From NCBI GenBank assembly GCA_965208615.1, contig CBDBPB010000007.1, positions 288,001 to 352,000 of the forward strand: a stretch of 64,000 nt of DNA, read 5' to 3'. Positions 29,723 through 41,064 of this stretch are shown here, in pieces (positions within the stretch are counted from its first letter, which is position 1; every line of letters begins with the position of its first letter). Position numbers and translations under genes: made by a program. The DNA comes from Spirochaetota bacterium. Lineage in GTDB: Bacteria; Spirochaetota; UBA6919; CBDBPB01. The notes below the pieces were generated by a model that was not told the DNA's origin, ran no database searches, and worked only from the letters and a program-made list of their open reading frames with translations.

Positions 29723-30688
29723 TTAATCCTTAATATTATTTAGTATTATGGTGGATAGGGCTTTTATAAACAGATTATGATCATTTAGAGAGTTTATCCT
29801 ATCAAAGTGTTTTATACCAGCTTGTTTAGCTTGATTGGCATAGAGTATATCTATTTCATAATTAGTCTCATAGTGGTCTGACACAAAGCTTATGGGTACT
29901 ACTAATATACTTTGATTTTTTCTTTCAGCTATATTATTGATAACGGACTTAGTAGATGGTTCAAGCCATTTTATAGGTCCTATCTTACTCTGAAAGCAAA
30001 TGTGATGCGGATTAGTACAGTTTAGGCTGTTTATTATATGTTCTACGCATATATTTATATGGTTGGGATACGGATCACCTTTATTGACTAGGCTTAAGGG
30101 TATGCTGTGTGCCGAGAACACTATGTGAACATCATTTTTATTATTATATACATTTAGTTTATCTTTAATTAACAAAGAGAGAGCCTTAATATAGTCAGGG
30201 CAGTCGTACCAGTGGTATATAATTTTAATTTGCATATTATTAAGTTGTTTAGCTTTGATTATTCTATTAAATTCGTTTATGCTTGATAGGCTTGTACTAT
30301 TTGAGAAGTGGGGATATAATGGTAATACAATTAGTTTGTTATGATTATCGTTAATTATATTATTTACGGCATCATTTATAGTGGGTTTGGTATAGCGCAT
30401 ACCTATATATACTTTTGAGTTAACAGTTTTATTTAGTTCTTTATTTAGTTTATTAGCTTGTTTAGTGGTTAGTTCTAGTATTGGGGACTTGCCACCTATT
30501 TTTTGATAATGTTTTTTTACGTATGGAGTTCTTAAAGAGCTTATGATTTTTGCGAATAGGTTTTGTAAAAAGGGGATGTTAATAATCTCTTTATCGGAGA
30601 ATAGCCTATATAAGAAGTTTTTAATATCGGACAGTGAGGATGGGCCTCCCATATTTAATAATAGTACGGCAAATGAGTTATTTTTCAT
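29723..30688 (-). CDS. hemH: Ferrochelatase
   Basis: LLNMGGP, GGKSP, SAHSIP, FQS, WLEP, FVSDHYET. Confidence 0.95.
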   Translation of the reverse strand: MKNNSFAVLLLNMGGPSSLSDIKNFLYRLFSDKEIINIPFLQNLFAKIISSLRTPYVKKHYQKIGGKSPILELTTKQANKLNKELNKTVNSKVYIGMRYTKPTINDAVNNIINDNHNKLIVLPLYPHFSNSTSLSSINEFNRIIKAKQLNNMQIKIIYHWYDCPDYIKALSLLIKDKLNVYNNKNDVHIVFSAHSIPLSLVNKGDPYPNHINICVEHIINSLNCTNPHHICFQSKIGPIKWLEPSTKSVINNIAERKNQSILVVPISFVSDHYETNYEIDILYANQAKQAGIKHFDRINSLNDHNLFIKALSTIILNNIKD

Positions 30689-30698
30689 ATAGATTCCG

Positions 30699-32069
30699 TT
30701 ATATGGTTTTGGAGAACTGTCTTTCTTTACTTTTTAGGTAGCTGTCGAATACCATACAGATATTTCGTATAAATATAGTACCTTTTTCTTTAATTTTTAT
30801 TTTATTATTGCTTATGCTTATCAAGTCATCTTTTATAAACTGGTTAAGGTTATTAATCTCGTCGTTAAAGTATTTGCTAAAAGATGTATTAAACTTTTTA
30901 TAAAAGTCTGCATAGTCAAGCTCAAACTGACACATAAGGGTGGATATTACCCATTGACGTATTAGATCATCGTTATTTAGTTTAAGGCCTCTATCTATTG
31001 GGAACTTGTTATTATCTATGGTATTATAATAGTCTTTTAGTGACTTTAGGTTTTGGACAAATGTTTTATTTACGTATCCGATTGAGCTTATACCAAAGCC
31101 TATAAAGTGTTCTGTGGACTTTATAGTATAGCCCATGAAGTTACGGTGTAGGGATTTATTTTTAAGGGCTATGGATAGTTCATCATTGGGTTTAGCGAAG
31201 TGATCCATTCCTATTGGACAATAATTATTTTTTAGCAGTAGTTCTCTTGCTTTTAAGAATATGGAGAGCTTTTCGTTTACTGATGGACAATCTTTATCAT
31301 TAATCTTTTTTTGATGGGGTTTAAGCCATGGTATTTTGGCATAGCTAAATAGGGCTATTCTATCCGGCGATATACTTAGTATTTTTTCTATTGTATTAGT
31401 AAAGGATTCGACGGTTTGCATTGGTAGGCCGTATATTAGGTCAATATTAACGCTTATGAAGTTATTATTTCTTGAGTAGTTAATTAGGTTTATCAAGTTA
31501 TTTTCGTCTTGCATTCTATTTACGGCTTTTTGCACTATGGGATTAAGGTCTTGTACTCCCATACTAATTCTGTTAAAGCCTAATTGTTTTAAGAGTTTAA
31601 CTTGTTGTTTTGATGTAATATTTGGGTCTATTTCTATGGCTATTTCGGCGTTTTTGTCTATGGAGAAGTTTTTAGTTATGGAGTTAAACAATTTTTCTAT
31701 CTGACCTTCGTTTAGGAAGGTTGGAGTACCTCCTCCCCAGTGTAGCTGGCTTATAGGCATGTTATTCTTTAGCGTATTTTTGAATAGTGAGAACTCTTTA
31801 TCAAGATAATCTATATACTTATTTACATAGAGTCTATTTTTGTCTATTATGCTATGACAGCCGCAATACAAACATCTTTCTTCACAGAATGGTATGTGAA
31901 CGTACAAAGAGAAAGGTGATTTATCCATAATGTTGATGGACTCTAATTGTTTAACATAGTCGTCGTACGAAAATGAGTCTGACCACTCAGGTGCAGTGGG
32001 ATAGCTTGTATATCTTGGACCAGGTTTATTATACTTTTTTAGAAAGTCTATATTAATATTATTATTCAT
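30699..32069 (-). CDS. hemN: Oxygen-independent coproporphyrinogen III oxidase
   Basis: GPRYTSYP, CxxxCxxC, GGGTP, HRNFMGY. Confidence 0.95.
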   Translation of the reverse strand: MNNNINIDFLKKYNKPGPRYTSYPTAPEWSDSFSYDDYVKQLESINIMDKSPFSLYVHIPFCEERCLYCGCHSIIDKNRLYVNKYIDYLDKEFSLFKNTLKNNMPISQLHWGGGTPTFLNEGQIEKLFNSITKNFSIDKNAEIAIEIDPNITSKQQVKLLKQLGFNRISMGVQDLNPIVQKAVNRMQDENNLINLINYSRNNNFISVNIDLIYGLPMQTVESFTNTIEKILSISPDRIALFSYAKIPWLKPHQKKINDKDCPSVNEKLSIFLKARELLLKNNYCPIGMDHFAKPNDELSIALKNKSLHRNFMGYTIKSTEHFIGFGISSIGYVNKTFVQNLKSLKDYYNTIDNNKFPIDRGLKLNNDDLIRQWVISTLMCQFELDYADFYKKFNTSFSKYFNDEINNLNQFIKDDLISISNNKIKIKEKGTIFIRNICMVFDSYLKSKERQFSKTI

Positions 32070-33093
32070 TTTTCATGCCTATTTGTTTAACGTAGTCGAC
32101 TAAAAACTTAACGTTATCGAAGGGTATATCTGGTAATATGCCGTGTCCGAGGTTAAATATATATCCATCGAATGCACTCATGGAGTCTATTAGTTCTTTT
32201 GTATATTTGGCTATAGTATTTTTATCGGCATATAATATATATGGATCAAGGTTACCCTGTAGAGCGGCTTTATCGCCAATGTTATTTTTTATATTACTTA
32301 GTTTAGCGTTCCAGTCTATGCTAATGACGTCTGCATTAGTGTTTAGTAGTTCATTATAGAATATGCTACTACCTTTGGCAAACACTATTATGGGGATATT
32401 TTGTCTATTTAGTTTAGATATTACTTTTTTAATATATTTTATAGAGTACTCTAGAAAGTGGTTATGGGGTAATAGTCCTGCCCATGTATCGAATATTTGT
32501 ATTGCCTGTGCTCCAGCGGATATTTGTGCGTTTAGATATAATATAGTGGTATCAGTGATTTTATTTAGTAGTTGTTTAGCCAGTTCTGGTTTGCTGTATA
32601 TTAATTGTTTAGTTAATTTTAGGTCTTTGCTTGTACCCCCTTCTACCATATAGCTCATTAGGGTGAATGGTGCGCCTGAGAAGCCTATTAGGGGTACTTT
32701 ATTATTTAGTTCTTGTTTAACTAGTTTTATGCTATTTAGTACGAAAGAGAGTTTTTCTTCTGGATGAGGTATGATTAGTGAGTCTATATCTTTTTTAGTT
32801 TTTATAGGTTTGCTAAACTTTGGACCTTCATCTGTGAAGTTTAGATTTAGTCCCATAGCCTCTATTGGTATTAATATATCAGAGAATAATATAGCGGCAT
32901 CCACGTCTAATAGGTCTATTGGTAATAGTGTTACTTTACAGGCTTGTTCTGGATTCTTACATAGTTCTAAGAAAGAGTATTTTGCTCTAAGGGCTTGGTA
33001 TTCTTTCATATATCGTCCAGCTTGTCTCATTATCCAAATTGGTATTCTATTTACTTTTTTACCAAAGGCGGCTTTTATAAATATATGGTTCAC
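32062..33093 (-). CDS. hemE: Uroporphyrinogen decarboxylase
   Basis: MRQAGRY, FSDIL, QGNLDP, NLGHG. Confidence 0.97.
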   Translation of the reverse strand: MNHIFIKAAFGKKVNRIPIWIMRQAGRYMKEYQALRAKYSFLELCKNPEQACKVTLLPIDLLDVDAAILFSDILIPIEAMGLNLNFTDEGPKFSKPIKTKKDIDSLIIPHPEEKLSFVLNSIKLVKQELNNKVPLIGFSGAPFTLMSYMVEGGTSKDLKLTKQLIYSKPELAKQLLNKITDTTILYLNAQISAGAQAIQIFDTWAGLLPHNHFLEYSIKYIKKVISKLNRQNIPIIVFAKGSSIFYNELLNTNADVISIDWNAKLSNIKNNIGDKAALQGNLDPYILYADKNTIAKYTKELIDSMSAFDGYIFNLGHGILPDIPFDNVKFLVDYVKQIGMKNE

Positions 33094-33377
33094 GGTATTC
33101 TCTCTTTAATTGGTATTTGTTTGTGGAAACTATTTACATTAGAATATAATGGTAATTTTTGCTTATAATAAAACGTATTTGAAAGATAACAATTCATTAT
33201 AGGCAAGTCAAATTAGCAGAATATTATATTAATGTCAAAATATATTGTTGTGTAGGTGAGCTAAGGGGAGGTTTATGTTGTTATGGGTTTTAAAAAATGC
33301 TAAATTATGAATGTTGTTTATAATTTAAAATATTAAGATATGTTTGATAATGTCTATTGTGAATTAGGTGGGGATGT

Positions 33378-34568
33378 ATGGCTAACAAAAGGATATGGCT
33401 TATTACGGTTTTTATGGTTATTGTTATTATTGTTTATAGTGGGTGGTCTTATGATAGTGTTAGTTCAGAGGCTAATGTTGATGATGTTATAGGTATATAT
33501 AATGTTGTTAGCTTGGCTATAGATTTACCTAGTTTTTTTAGTTCTACTAATACTCTTAGAAAAAGGGATAGTTTAGAGCCTATAAACAATAGATTGACTT
33601 ATTATGCTAAAACTATAAATAGGTTATCTAGTGATGAGCTAATTAATAATGAGGATATTCCATCTTGGTTTATTACTTTATTTTTTTTGCATGATGAATT
33701 GGCTAATATATCTGTTCCAAAGGCCTTACTTGACTATCCATTATTACGTAAGGCGAGGGGGTTTATACCTAAGGAGTTGCGAAAAGATGAAAAACCTGTT
33801 AAGGAAAGTGATTATTATAAAGTCTTTTTGACTAAGGACTCTATTAACAAGGGTAAGGTGTTTATAAATAATAACTTATCTCTTTTAAATAAGATAGAAA
33901 AGCGTTATGAGGTTTTAAAGGAGTATTTGGTAGCCATTTTATTTATTGAGACTCGTCTTGGAAAGGTTACTGGTGATTATTCTGTTGTTGGAGTATATAA
34001 TTCTCTTTATCACATTGACAGAAAGGACTTTTTAAAGATATTTTATCATAGGTTAGCCAAGGATCATAAGTTTTTTGCTGTGGTATTGGCTGATTTCTTG
34101 GATAATACTTCTTATACGGTGGATGATAGGGCTAAATATTTTAACGTAAATAGTGATATTCACTCTTATAAAGATTTTGATATATATGCCTTATTTAATG
34201 AGCTAGATGATTATATTTATAGAAGGCAAAAGTGGGCGTATAAACAACTACGGAGTCTTATAATTATTAGTTATAAAGACTATATGGATGTTCATAGTTT
34301 AAGGGGTTCTTGGGCTGGAGCTTTTGGCATGTCTCAATTTTTACCTTCGAGTTATTTGGCTTGGGCCGCTGATTCAAATGAGGATGGCAAAATAGACCTT
34401 TATAACCTTGAGGATGCACTAGCTAGCACAGCAAATTATTTAAAGGGTCATAATTTTAATGTTAAGAGTAGTAAATTAATTAGCCAGGCTATATATAAAT
34501 ATAATCATTCAAATGTTTATGTAGATACGGTAGTTAGCTATGCTAGGAAGTTAAAAAGTGTTAGATAA
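33378..34568 (+). CDS. MltB-family lytic murein transglycosylase
   Basis: IETRLG, GSWAGAFGMSQFLPSSY, STANYL, YNHS. Confidence 0.88.
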   Translation: MANKRIWLITVFMVIVIIVYSGWSYDSVSSEANVDDVIGIYNVVSLAIDLPSFFSSTNTLRKRDSLEPINNRLTYYAKTINRLSSDELINNEDIPSWFITLFFLHDELANISVPKALLDYPLLRKARGFIPKELRKDEKPVKESDYYKVFLTKDSINKGKVFINNNLSLLNKIEKRYEVLKEYLVAILFIETRLGKVTGDYSVVGVYNSLYHIDRKDFLKIFYHRLAKDHKFFAVVLADFLDNTSYTVDDRAKYFNVNSDIHSYKDFDIYALFNELDDYIYRRQKWAYKQLRSLIIISYKDYMDVHSLRGSWAGAFGMSQFLPSSYLAWAADSNEDGKIDLYNLEDALASTANYLKGHNFNVKSSKLISQAIYKYNHSNVYVDTVVSYARKLKSVR

Positions 34569-35430
34569 GTTAGTTAATAGGCGGGGTTTAATAGTTTATA
34601 TTATTTTTAGCATTGTATACGGTTATATTTTCATATTTAACTATGTTTTAACTTACGACTATACATTTACTAGGATAGAGTTTGACAATAATTATAGTTT
34701 ATTTTTGAAGTTATCTTTGATGGGGGGATTATTTTTATCTTTTCATGTACTATTTTTATTTAAGCCTGTGGGTCGTTTTTTGGGGATATTGTCATTAGTT
34801 TTTGTAATTTTCATCCATATTTATCAATTGTTTATTGCTTATTATGTTACGTTGGCTATTATTTTTATTATTATCGATTTATTCCTGATTTATATACTGA
34901 GTACACCTTTTATAGAGGGATATTTATTATCTAGTAGTTTTGTTAATTTAATATGGTCCAAAAAGGCACAGGGCATTTATAGTAAAAATAGCGAGGTTTA
35001 TCTTAACATATTGGTATACCTACTTATTATATTGGCTATTATTAATATTATTTTGGCTATTTTTTATAAAGTTATTTTTGTATTAGATAGTATAGTTATA
35101 TTAATATTTCCTTTGCTTTTATGTTTCACCTATCTTTCAATATCTTTATTTTTGTATAGTAGAGAGGCTAGAGTTATACCTTATAGCCTATACTTTTTTA
35201 TTTTTTTATTATTCTTAGTATTCTATAGATATTTCCTATTACCAGAGCCTTATTATAGGTTTTATAATTTGGAGTCTTTTATTAGAACTGCCTCTTTTAG
35301 TGTATTGATCTTTGCTGTTTTTGACATGTTATTTGTTATACTTAATTTTATAGTTGGCTTTTTGGGACTAATAATATTTTTAGCTAATAGAAGAGTTATT
35401 TCTTTATTCAAAAATGACGAGATTTATTAA
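34558..35430 (+). CDS. Hypothetical multi-pass membrane protein
   Basis: Several hydrophobic segments; overlaps the previous stop. Confidence 0.7.
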   Translation: MLDKLVNRRGLIVYIIFSIVYGYIFIFNYVLTYDYTFTRIEFDNNYSLFLKLSLMGGLFLSFHVLFLFKPVGRFLGILSLVFVIFIHIYQLFIAYYVTLAIIFIIIDLFLIYILSTPFIEGYLLSSSFVNLIWSKKAQGIYSKNSEVYLNILVYLLIILAIINIILAIFYKVIFVLDSIVILIFPLLLCFTYLSISLFLYSREARVIPYSLYFFIFLLFLVFYRYFLLPEPYYRFYNLESFIRTASFSVLIFAVFDMLFVILNFIVGFLGLIIFLANRRVISLFKNDEIY

Positions 35431-35501
35431 ATAATTTGACATTGTTAAATAAGTTGATTACTTTTTAATATAGGTATACGCTTAAAAAAAGGAGGCCTTT
35501 A

Positions 35502-35987
35502 ATGAGTACGTCAATTTCTCTTAATAACATTCTCTGCCCCATAGACTTCTCAGACTACTCATTGCATGCCTTAGACTATGCAATAGGTTTATCTGAACAG
35601 TATAAGTCAGTTATTCACGTTCTTCATGTTGTACCAGTTTTACCATTAAGCCATACTCCCTATCACTATCATGAAAATGCTAATCTTGTTGTTGAAAGTG
35701 CAGAGAAATGTGCTAAGGAAGAGTTGGATAAAGTATGCAAAGACAAAATACCAAAAGGAATATCATACAAAACTATTCTTCTTTTAGAAGAGGCTCCTGC
35801 AATAGCTATATCCACTTATGCAAAAGATAATGAGATTGATTTAATCGTTATTGCTACTCATGGTTATGGTGAAATAAAGCATTTTTTTCTTGGTAGTATA
35901 ACAGAAAGAGTTATACGAAAGGCTAATTGTCCTGTTTTAACTGTTAAGGACAAAGAACATGAATTTATTACTGTTATAAAAGATTAA
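35502..35987 (+). CDS. Universal stress protein
   Basis: ILCPIDFS, DLIVIATHG, LGSITERV. Confidence 0.93.
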   Translation: MSTSISLNNILCPIDFSDYSLHALDYAIGLSEQYKSVIHVLHVVPVLPLSHTPYHYHENANLVVESAEKCAKEELDKVCKDKIPKGISYKTILLLEEAPAIAISTYAKDNEIDLIVIATHGYGEIKHFFLGSITERVIRKANCPVLTVKDKEHEFITVIKD

Positions 35988-36132
35988 ATAAAATATAGTA
36001 ATTTTTAAGATAATTTATAAGAAATTAAAATAAAATACTATCATAGTATTTTATTTACAGGCAGGGGCGTTATAGCGGTGTATTATATTTTGTTAATAGT
36101 TTATATTTTAACTATGAATTAGGTTTTTTATT

Positions 36133-36972
36133 TTGGATATGATTATTTATAGAATAATTAGATTTTTGGGTTATTTTACTATATTTATAGTGTTTGGTAT
36201 TTTGTCTTGTAAAAGTACTTATGAGTTGACTTTTGACAAGTTAGACTCAACTTTAATAATGTATAGTAGGTATAGGGTTATTTCTAATAATTTGATTGCT
36301 TTTAAAAAGAAGGATCAAATATCTAAGGAGAAGACAGCAAGTATAGACAAGTATTATAAGGTTTTTTATAACCCTGATGGTGTTATAGCTGTAATAGAGA
36401 CTTATCATAATAATATTATAGTTAAGAGAAGATATTTAAATAGGCTATCCCTTTCTGTGAAGATTGAATTATTTAAAAAAGGGATAATGGATAAATATTA
36501 TATATTAGTTTATGAAAAGAGTTTTCTTGAAGATTTGGATAACCTTAGGAATGATAATAAAAATATTTTTGCCGAAAGATATCTAACGTATAACCTGGAT
36601 AGAGTAAAGAAATATGATAAACATTATAAGCTAAAATGGGTAAAGTGGTATGGCTATGGTAGCATAGAAGAAATGGATTATTATTTAAATGGTAAAAAAT
36701 ATAAAACTGAAACCTATGTTGCCGGAAAAGTAGACATGACAAGGCTTTTTAATGATAAAGGTAATGTTTTTTTAGAGAAGGGTACTTATGAAAATGGTAA
36801 ACATCCATTTAGTCTTAAGTATTTTTATAAAAAGGATATTCTTTTAAAAATTGAGGATTACAGAAAAGGTAGACTCTATGCTATATTTTATTATAATGAG
36901 AATAGAGTAAATATTAAAGAAGAGCGTTATAAGCTAGGAAAGCTTGTTAAGACTATTAAATATAATAATTGA
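36133..36972 (+). CDS. Hypothetical lipoprotein with YwqK/MORN-like beta repeats
   Basis: ILSC lipobox; repeated YxxG/YK units. Confidence 0.6.
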   Translation: MDMIIYRIIRFLGYFTIFIVFGILSCKSTYELTFDKLDSTLIMYSRYRVISNNLIAFKKKDQISKEKTASIDKYYKVFYNPDGVIAVIETYHNNIIVKRRYLNRLSLSVKIELFKKGIMDKYYILVYEKSFLEDLDNLRNDNKNIFAERYLTYNLDRVKKYDKHYKLKWVKWYGYGSIEEMDYYLNGKKYKTETYVAGKVDMTRLFNDKGNVFLEKGTYENGKHPFSLKYFYKKDILLKIEDYRKGRLYAIFYYNENRVNIKEERYKLGKLVKTIKYNN

Positions 36973-37094
36973 TTGTTAGTTAATATATATAATGTTTATA
37001 GCTCATTTTATTTTTGCTAAAAGACTATTTGTCTTTTGTATAAAGTGAGTATTGGTTTGCATAAGCAAATAATATAAATCTGGAGGAAGAACAA

Positions 37095-37697
37095 ATGAAA
37101 AATATTACGTTAGTATTAGCCATTGTTTTAGGCTCTATAACCTTTTTTTCATTGGATGGATTTTCTGTTCGTAGTGCAAAGGTAATATACAAAAAGGGGA
37201 AGGTAGAGGTTCAAAAGCGGAGTAGGGGAGCATGGAAGGTATTTAATCCTACTATGAGGCTTACTCAGCGTGATAGGATTAGAACTGGAGCTAATTCTAA
37301 GGTTGAGATTCGTTTAGATGATGGTTCTAGAATACAATTGCTAAGTAACTCTAGTGCTTATTTGAAAAAGTATTCTAAATCTAGATTAAGTAGACGATCT
37401 AATGTTATGTTGACAAAAGGCTCTATTTTCGCCAATGTGAAAAAGCTAAAACGAAGGGGATACTTTAGAATTTCCACTGTGACTGGGGTAGCGGGAGTAC
37501 GAGGAACAGAGTTTTATGTTAATATAGACAAAACTAATAAAATGGCTGTTGAGGTTTATGAAGGTAAAGTTAATGTTGGTTCAAAAAAGGGCAGGATTCT
37601 TGTGAAGAAAGGTTATGAAAGTGCCATTGAACCTAATATGGCTCCTAAAAAGCCAAAAGTGATTAAGGTTAAAAGAAAAATAGAGTGGAAACGATAA
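37095..37697 (+). CDS. FecR-domain secreted protein
   Basis: DRIRTG..S, AGVRGTEF, VYEGKV. Confidence 0.85.
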   Translation: MKNITLVLAIVLGSITFFSLDGFSVRSAKVIYKKGKVEVQKRSRGAWKVFNPTMRLTQRDRIRTGANSKVEIRLDDGSRIQLLSNSSAYLKKYSKSRLSRRSNVMLTKGSIFANVKKLKRRGYFRISTVTGVAGVRGTEFYVNIDKTNKMAVEVYEGKVNVGSKKGRILVKKGYESAIEPNMAPKKPKVIKVKRKIEWKR

Positions 37698-37912
37698 CTT
37701 AGTTTTTATTAAATTGTGATATTTGTCTAAGATATAAGAAATTGTAACTTAAAGTAAGATATTCATAGTATACTAATTAGGTAATATTATAAACTCTAAG
37801 ATGTCCTAACAGATTAGTTTTTTTATAAAAGTAACTATTAGTTATTTTTATAACAGGTTTTATAGTTATTGCCTTAGGTGTACTATGTTATAATGTTCTG
37901 GGATAGGGGGAA

Positions 37913-38602
37913 ATGGAGCAGGGGATTGTTTTGAATGAATATTCTTTATTCGATTATCTTAAAAGTCAAAATATGCCGGTTTTAGAGACTAGTCTTCTTA
38001 GAAGGTTTTTTACGGATGCTAAGTCTTTTAGAGAGATAGATTTTAATGTAGTTCAAATGCATTTTATATTATATCATAATCTTTATAAGCTGGCTCATTC
38101 TTTAAGAGATAGTTATTACTTACTTTATATTAACTATATTTATATATATTTGTTAGAGAAGCCAAAGAATAACTATTGTCCTTATTTTTACGAGGGAACT
38201 CTAAGTTTTTGTTTTTCTAAAAAGGATAAAAGACAAAGATATTGTTCATACCACTTAGAAAAAGAAAAAAGTTTAAGGAAGAAGGGATGGTTGAGAGCAA
38301 AAGGTGTTGAGGAATACTATCTCGACTTTAGTAACTTTGATAATTTGGGTACAGAATACAAATCTATTAAGAATAAGGCAAAGAAAATAAAAAAGTATTC
38401 TCTTGTATATGGAGAGATAAAAAAAAGCTATAGTACTCTTGGAGTTAGGTATAGCGATTCTATTGACTTGATTAAGCTTCGTTATAAAAAGTTAGCTAAG
38501 GAATATCATCCTGATATTAATCAATGTAGTAAGGGCTATTACAAGTTTGTGGATATAACTAAGGCATACCACAATATTAAGGACTTTTTGGATAGCAGAT
38601 AA
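37913..38602 (+). CDS. Protein with C-terminal J domain
   Basis: YKKLAKEYHPD..ITKAY. Confidence 0.8.
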   Translation: MEQGIVLNEYSLFDYLKSQNMPVLETSLLRRFFTDAKSFREIDFNVVQMHFILYHNLYKLAHSLRDSYYLLYINYIYIYLLEKPKNNYCPYFYEGTLSFCFSKKDKRQRYCSYHLEKEKSLRKKGWLRAKGVEEYYLDFSNFDNLGTEYKSIKNKAKKIKKYSLVYGEIKKSYSTLGVRYSDSIDLIKLRYKKLAKEYHPDINQCSKGYYKFVDITKAYHNIKDFLDSR

Positions 38603-38605
38603 TCT

Positions 38606-40033
38606 TTATGGAGTTCTTAGAACTAGTAATTTAATTTCGGTCATATCCTCCATAGCGAATCTGACACCTTCTCTACCAATACCGCTATTTTTAACACCGC
38701 CATAGGGCATATGATCAACCCTCCATGATGGAGAATCACCTATTACAACGCCTCCTACGTCGAGTTTATCCCATGCTTTATGTGCTTTATATATATTTTT
38801 GGTGAATATACCGGCTTGTAGTCCGTATATACTATCGTTTATGGCATTTAGAGCCTCATCAAAGTCTGAGAACTTCGATAGTACAACAACTGGACCAAAG
38901 ACTTCTAGAGAACATATTTTTTCAGTTTTTGGTACATTTTCTAGTATAGTAGGTTCAATCATGGATTCATGTCTTTTACCGCCGCAAAGTACTTTAGCAC
39001 CTTTATTAACAGCACTATTAATCCAAGATTCGATTCTTTTGGCCTCTGACTCAGATATAATAGGCCCTATAAATGTGGATTCATCTTTTGGATCACCGAT
39101 TTTTAGTTTTTTGCTGGCACTAACAAGTTTATCCACAAACTCACTGTAAATATTTTCGTGTATAATAATTCGTTGTACGCTAATACAACTTTGTCCGGAC
39201 TGATAAAACGCACCAATTACAATTCTATTTATGGCATCATCTATATCGCTGTCTTCATCGACGATACAACCGGCATTCCCTCCTAATTCCAGGACTACTT
39301 TTTTCATACCGGCTTTTGCTTTTAGGTTCCACCCTACGTCTGGGGAGCCTGTAAAGCTTAATAATTTTAGGCGATTATCTGTGGTAAAAAGTTCTGCACC
39401 ATCTCTTGAGCAGGGTAATATAGAAAAGGCTCCATCAGGAAGGTCAGTTTCGGCTAGTATTTCACCTATGATTAGGGCTCCAATTGGCGTATTACTAGCA
39501 GGTTTTAGTATAAAAGGGTTACCTACAGCAATACACGGAGCAACTTTATGAGCAACTAGGTTTAATGGAAAGTTAAAAGGTGTTATAAAGGAGCATATAC
39601 CGATAGCAGTTCTTTTCCACATACCGCTGTAGTTGCAAGCTCTGGGAGTAATATCCATTGGTATAACTTCACCAGTCATTCTTACGGATTCTTCAGAGGC
39701 TATTCTAAAGGTATCAATTAGTCGGCTTACCTCTCCCCTACTATCTTTAATGGGTTTACCAGCCTCTATACAAAGGGACATTGCCAATTCTTCATATTTC
39801 TCAGTAAATCTTTTTACACAATGGTTTAGTATATCCTGTAGTTTATAAGCGGGCATATTTTTCATTATACTTTCTGCTTTAAGTGCTTTATTTATGGCTT
39901 CATCAATATGCTTTGGGTTAGCCAGAGATACTTTTGTCGCAAGTTTTTTTGTATACTTATCCTTAACCTCGAGATAGTTGTCTGACATAACTGGTTTATT
40001 ACCAAGATAAAATGGATAAATATTTTTTAACAT
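38606..40033 (-). CDS. Aldehyde dehydrogenase family protein
   Basis: PFNFP, FTGS, LELGGN, GQSC, EVFGP. Confidence 0.93.
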   Translation of the reverse strand: MLKNIYPFYLGNKPVMSDNYLEVKDKYTKKLATKVSLANPKHIDEAINKALKAESIMKNMPAYKLQDILNHCVKRFTEKYEELAMSLCIEAGKPIKDSRGEVSRLIDTFRIASEESVRMTGEVIPMDITPRACNYSGMWKRTAIGICSFITPFNFPLNLVAHKVAPCIAVGNPFILKPASNTPIGALIIGEILAETDLPDGAFSILPCSRDGAELFTTDNRLKLLSFTGSPDVGWNLKAKAGMKKVVLELGGNAGCIVDEDSDIDDAINRIVIGAFYQSGQSCISVQRIIIHENIYSEFVDKLVSASKKLKIGDPKDESTFIGPIISESEAKRIESWINSAVNKGAKVLCGGKRHESMIEPTILENVPKTEKICSLEVFGPVVVLSKFSDFDEALNAINDSIYGLQAGIFTKNIYKAHKAWDKLDVGGVVIGDSPSWRVDHMPYGGVKNSGIGREGVRFAMEDMTEIKLLVLRTP

Positions 40034-40503
40034 ATTAGGCCTCTTTTTTGGGTTAGGGCATTTAGGATAAACATTACTACACTATATTTTTGTTTTATGG
40101 TATAAGTTTAACAATAGATATAAAAAGAAGCAACAATAAAAATATAAATTAGTTTACGTGAGTTGTGTTACCAAACACTCTAAGCTAGCTTTTATATCTA
40201 AAAGTGTCTTGGAATAATAAAAGCTGGAATAATTAGTAACACCTTTATAACAATAAAACTCTAAACTAATAATATAGTGTATAAAATAACTTAATTGTGT
40301 GTAAAAAAGTACACTAATCATAACAAAAATATAAAAAAAATTATTATTAGTAAATAGTGCATTATATCTTATAGTTAGATGTTTATATAATTGATAGCTT
40401 TATAAATAAAGTTAGATGCTAATCATATATGTTGGCATAGTATTTGAGTAGCTATATTGTATAGCTTTATAAAAAGTTAATCTTTATATATGAGAACAAT
40501 AAT

Positions 40504-40890
40504 ATGAAAAACTTAATTTTTATATTCGCCTTTATTATAGCAATAATATTGACTGACACTAGTCTAGCTTTATCAGTAAGCCAGAATGACCTCTATGGAG
40601 CCTGGAAGGTTAGTAGAATTACTAGAAAAAATAAGCCTATAACAAAAAAAGATCCACTATATTTATTTTTGGGCGTTAAAATGGAGTTTTATAAAAATAA
40701 TATGGCTAAATTAATCGCTGAAAAAGGCTCATCCATGAGAGGTAGGTGGAAGTATACAAAAGGAACTCTTATATTTTTCGGTATAAAACAAGGTAAGGGA
40801 CTTAAAGTTTATTTTCCAATTAGATCAAGAAAAATATTATTGGTTAGTTCTCTAAAGGATAAAGTAAATATTTATCTAAAAAAACAATAA
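40504..40890 (+). CDS. Secreted lipocalin-like protein
   Basis: Signal peptide; LYGAWK; GRWKY. Confidence 0.55.
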   Translation: MKNLIFIFAFIIAIILTDTSLALSVSQNDLYGAWKVSRITRKNKPITKKDPLYLFLGVKMEFYKNNMAKLIAEKGSSMRGRWKYTKGTLIFFGIKQGKGLKVYFPIRSRKILLVSSLKDKVNIYLKKQ

Positions 40891-41064
40891 TTTATTATGA
40901 CTAAGTTTGTTAAGTGCATTTACTTTGTCAGTCATGAAGAATAAAAATTACCATTGTTTAGCAAGTATGCTTTATTGTTAATTTTTTATAAAAAGTATTT
41001 GCATTTGTTGATATTTACTATATATTTAGCTCATTAGAAAATTCATTTAAAGAGAGTATTTATA

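Noticed and set aside
40433-40447. TGGCA-N6-TTGA as a sigma-54 promoter
   Set aside because: The -12 GC is not intact.
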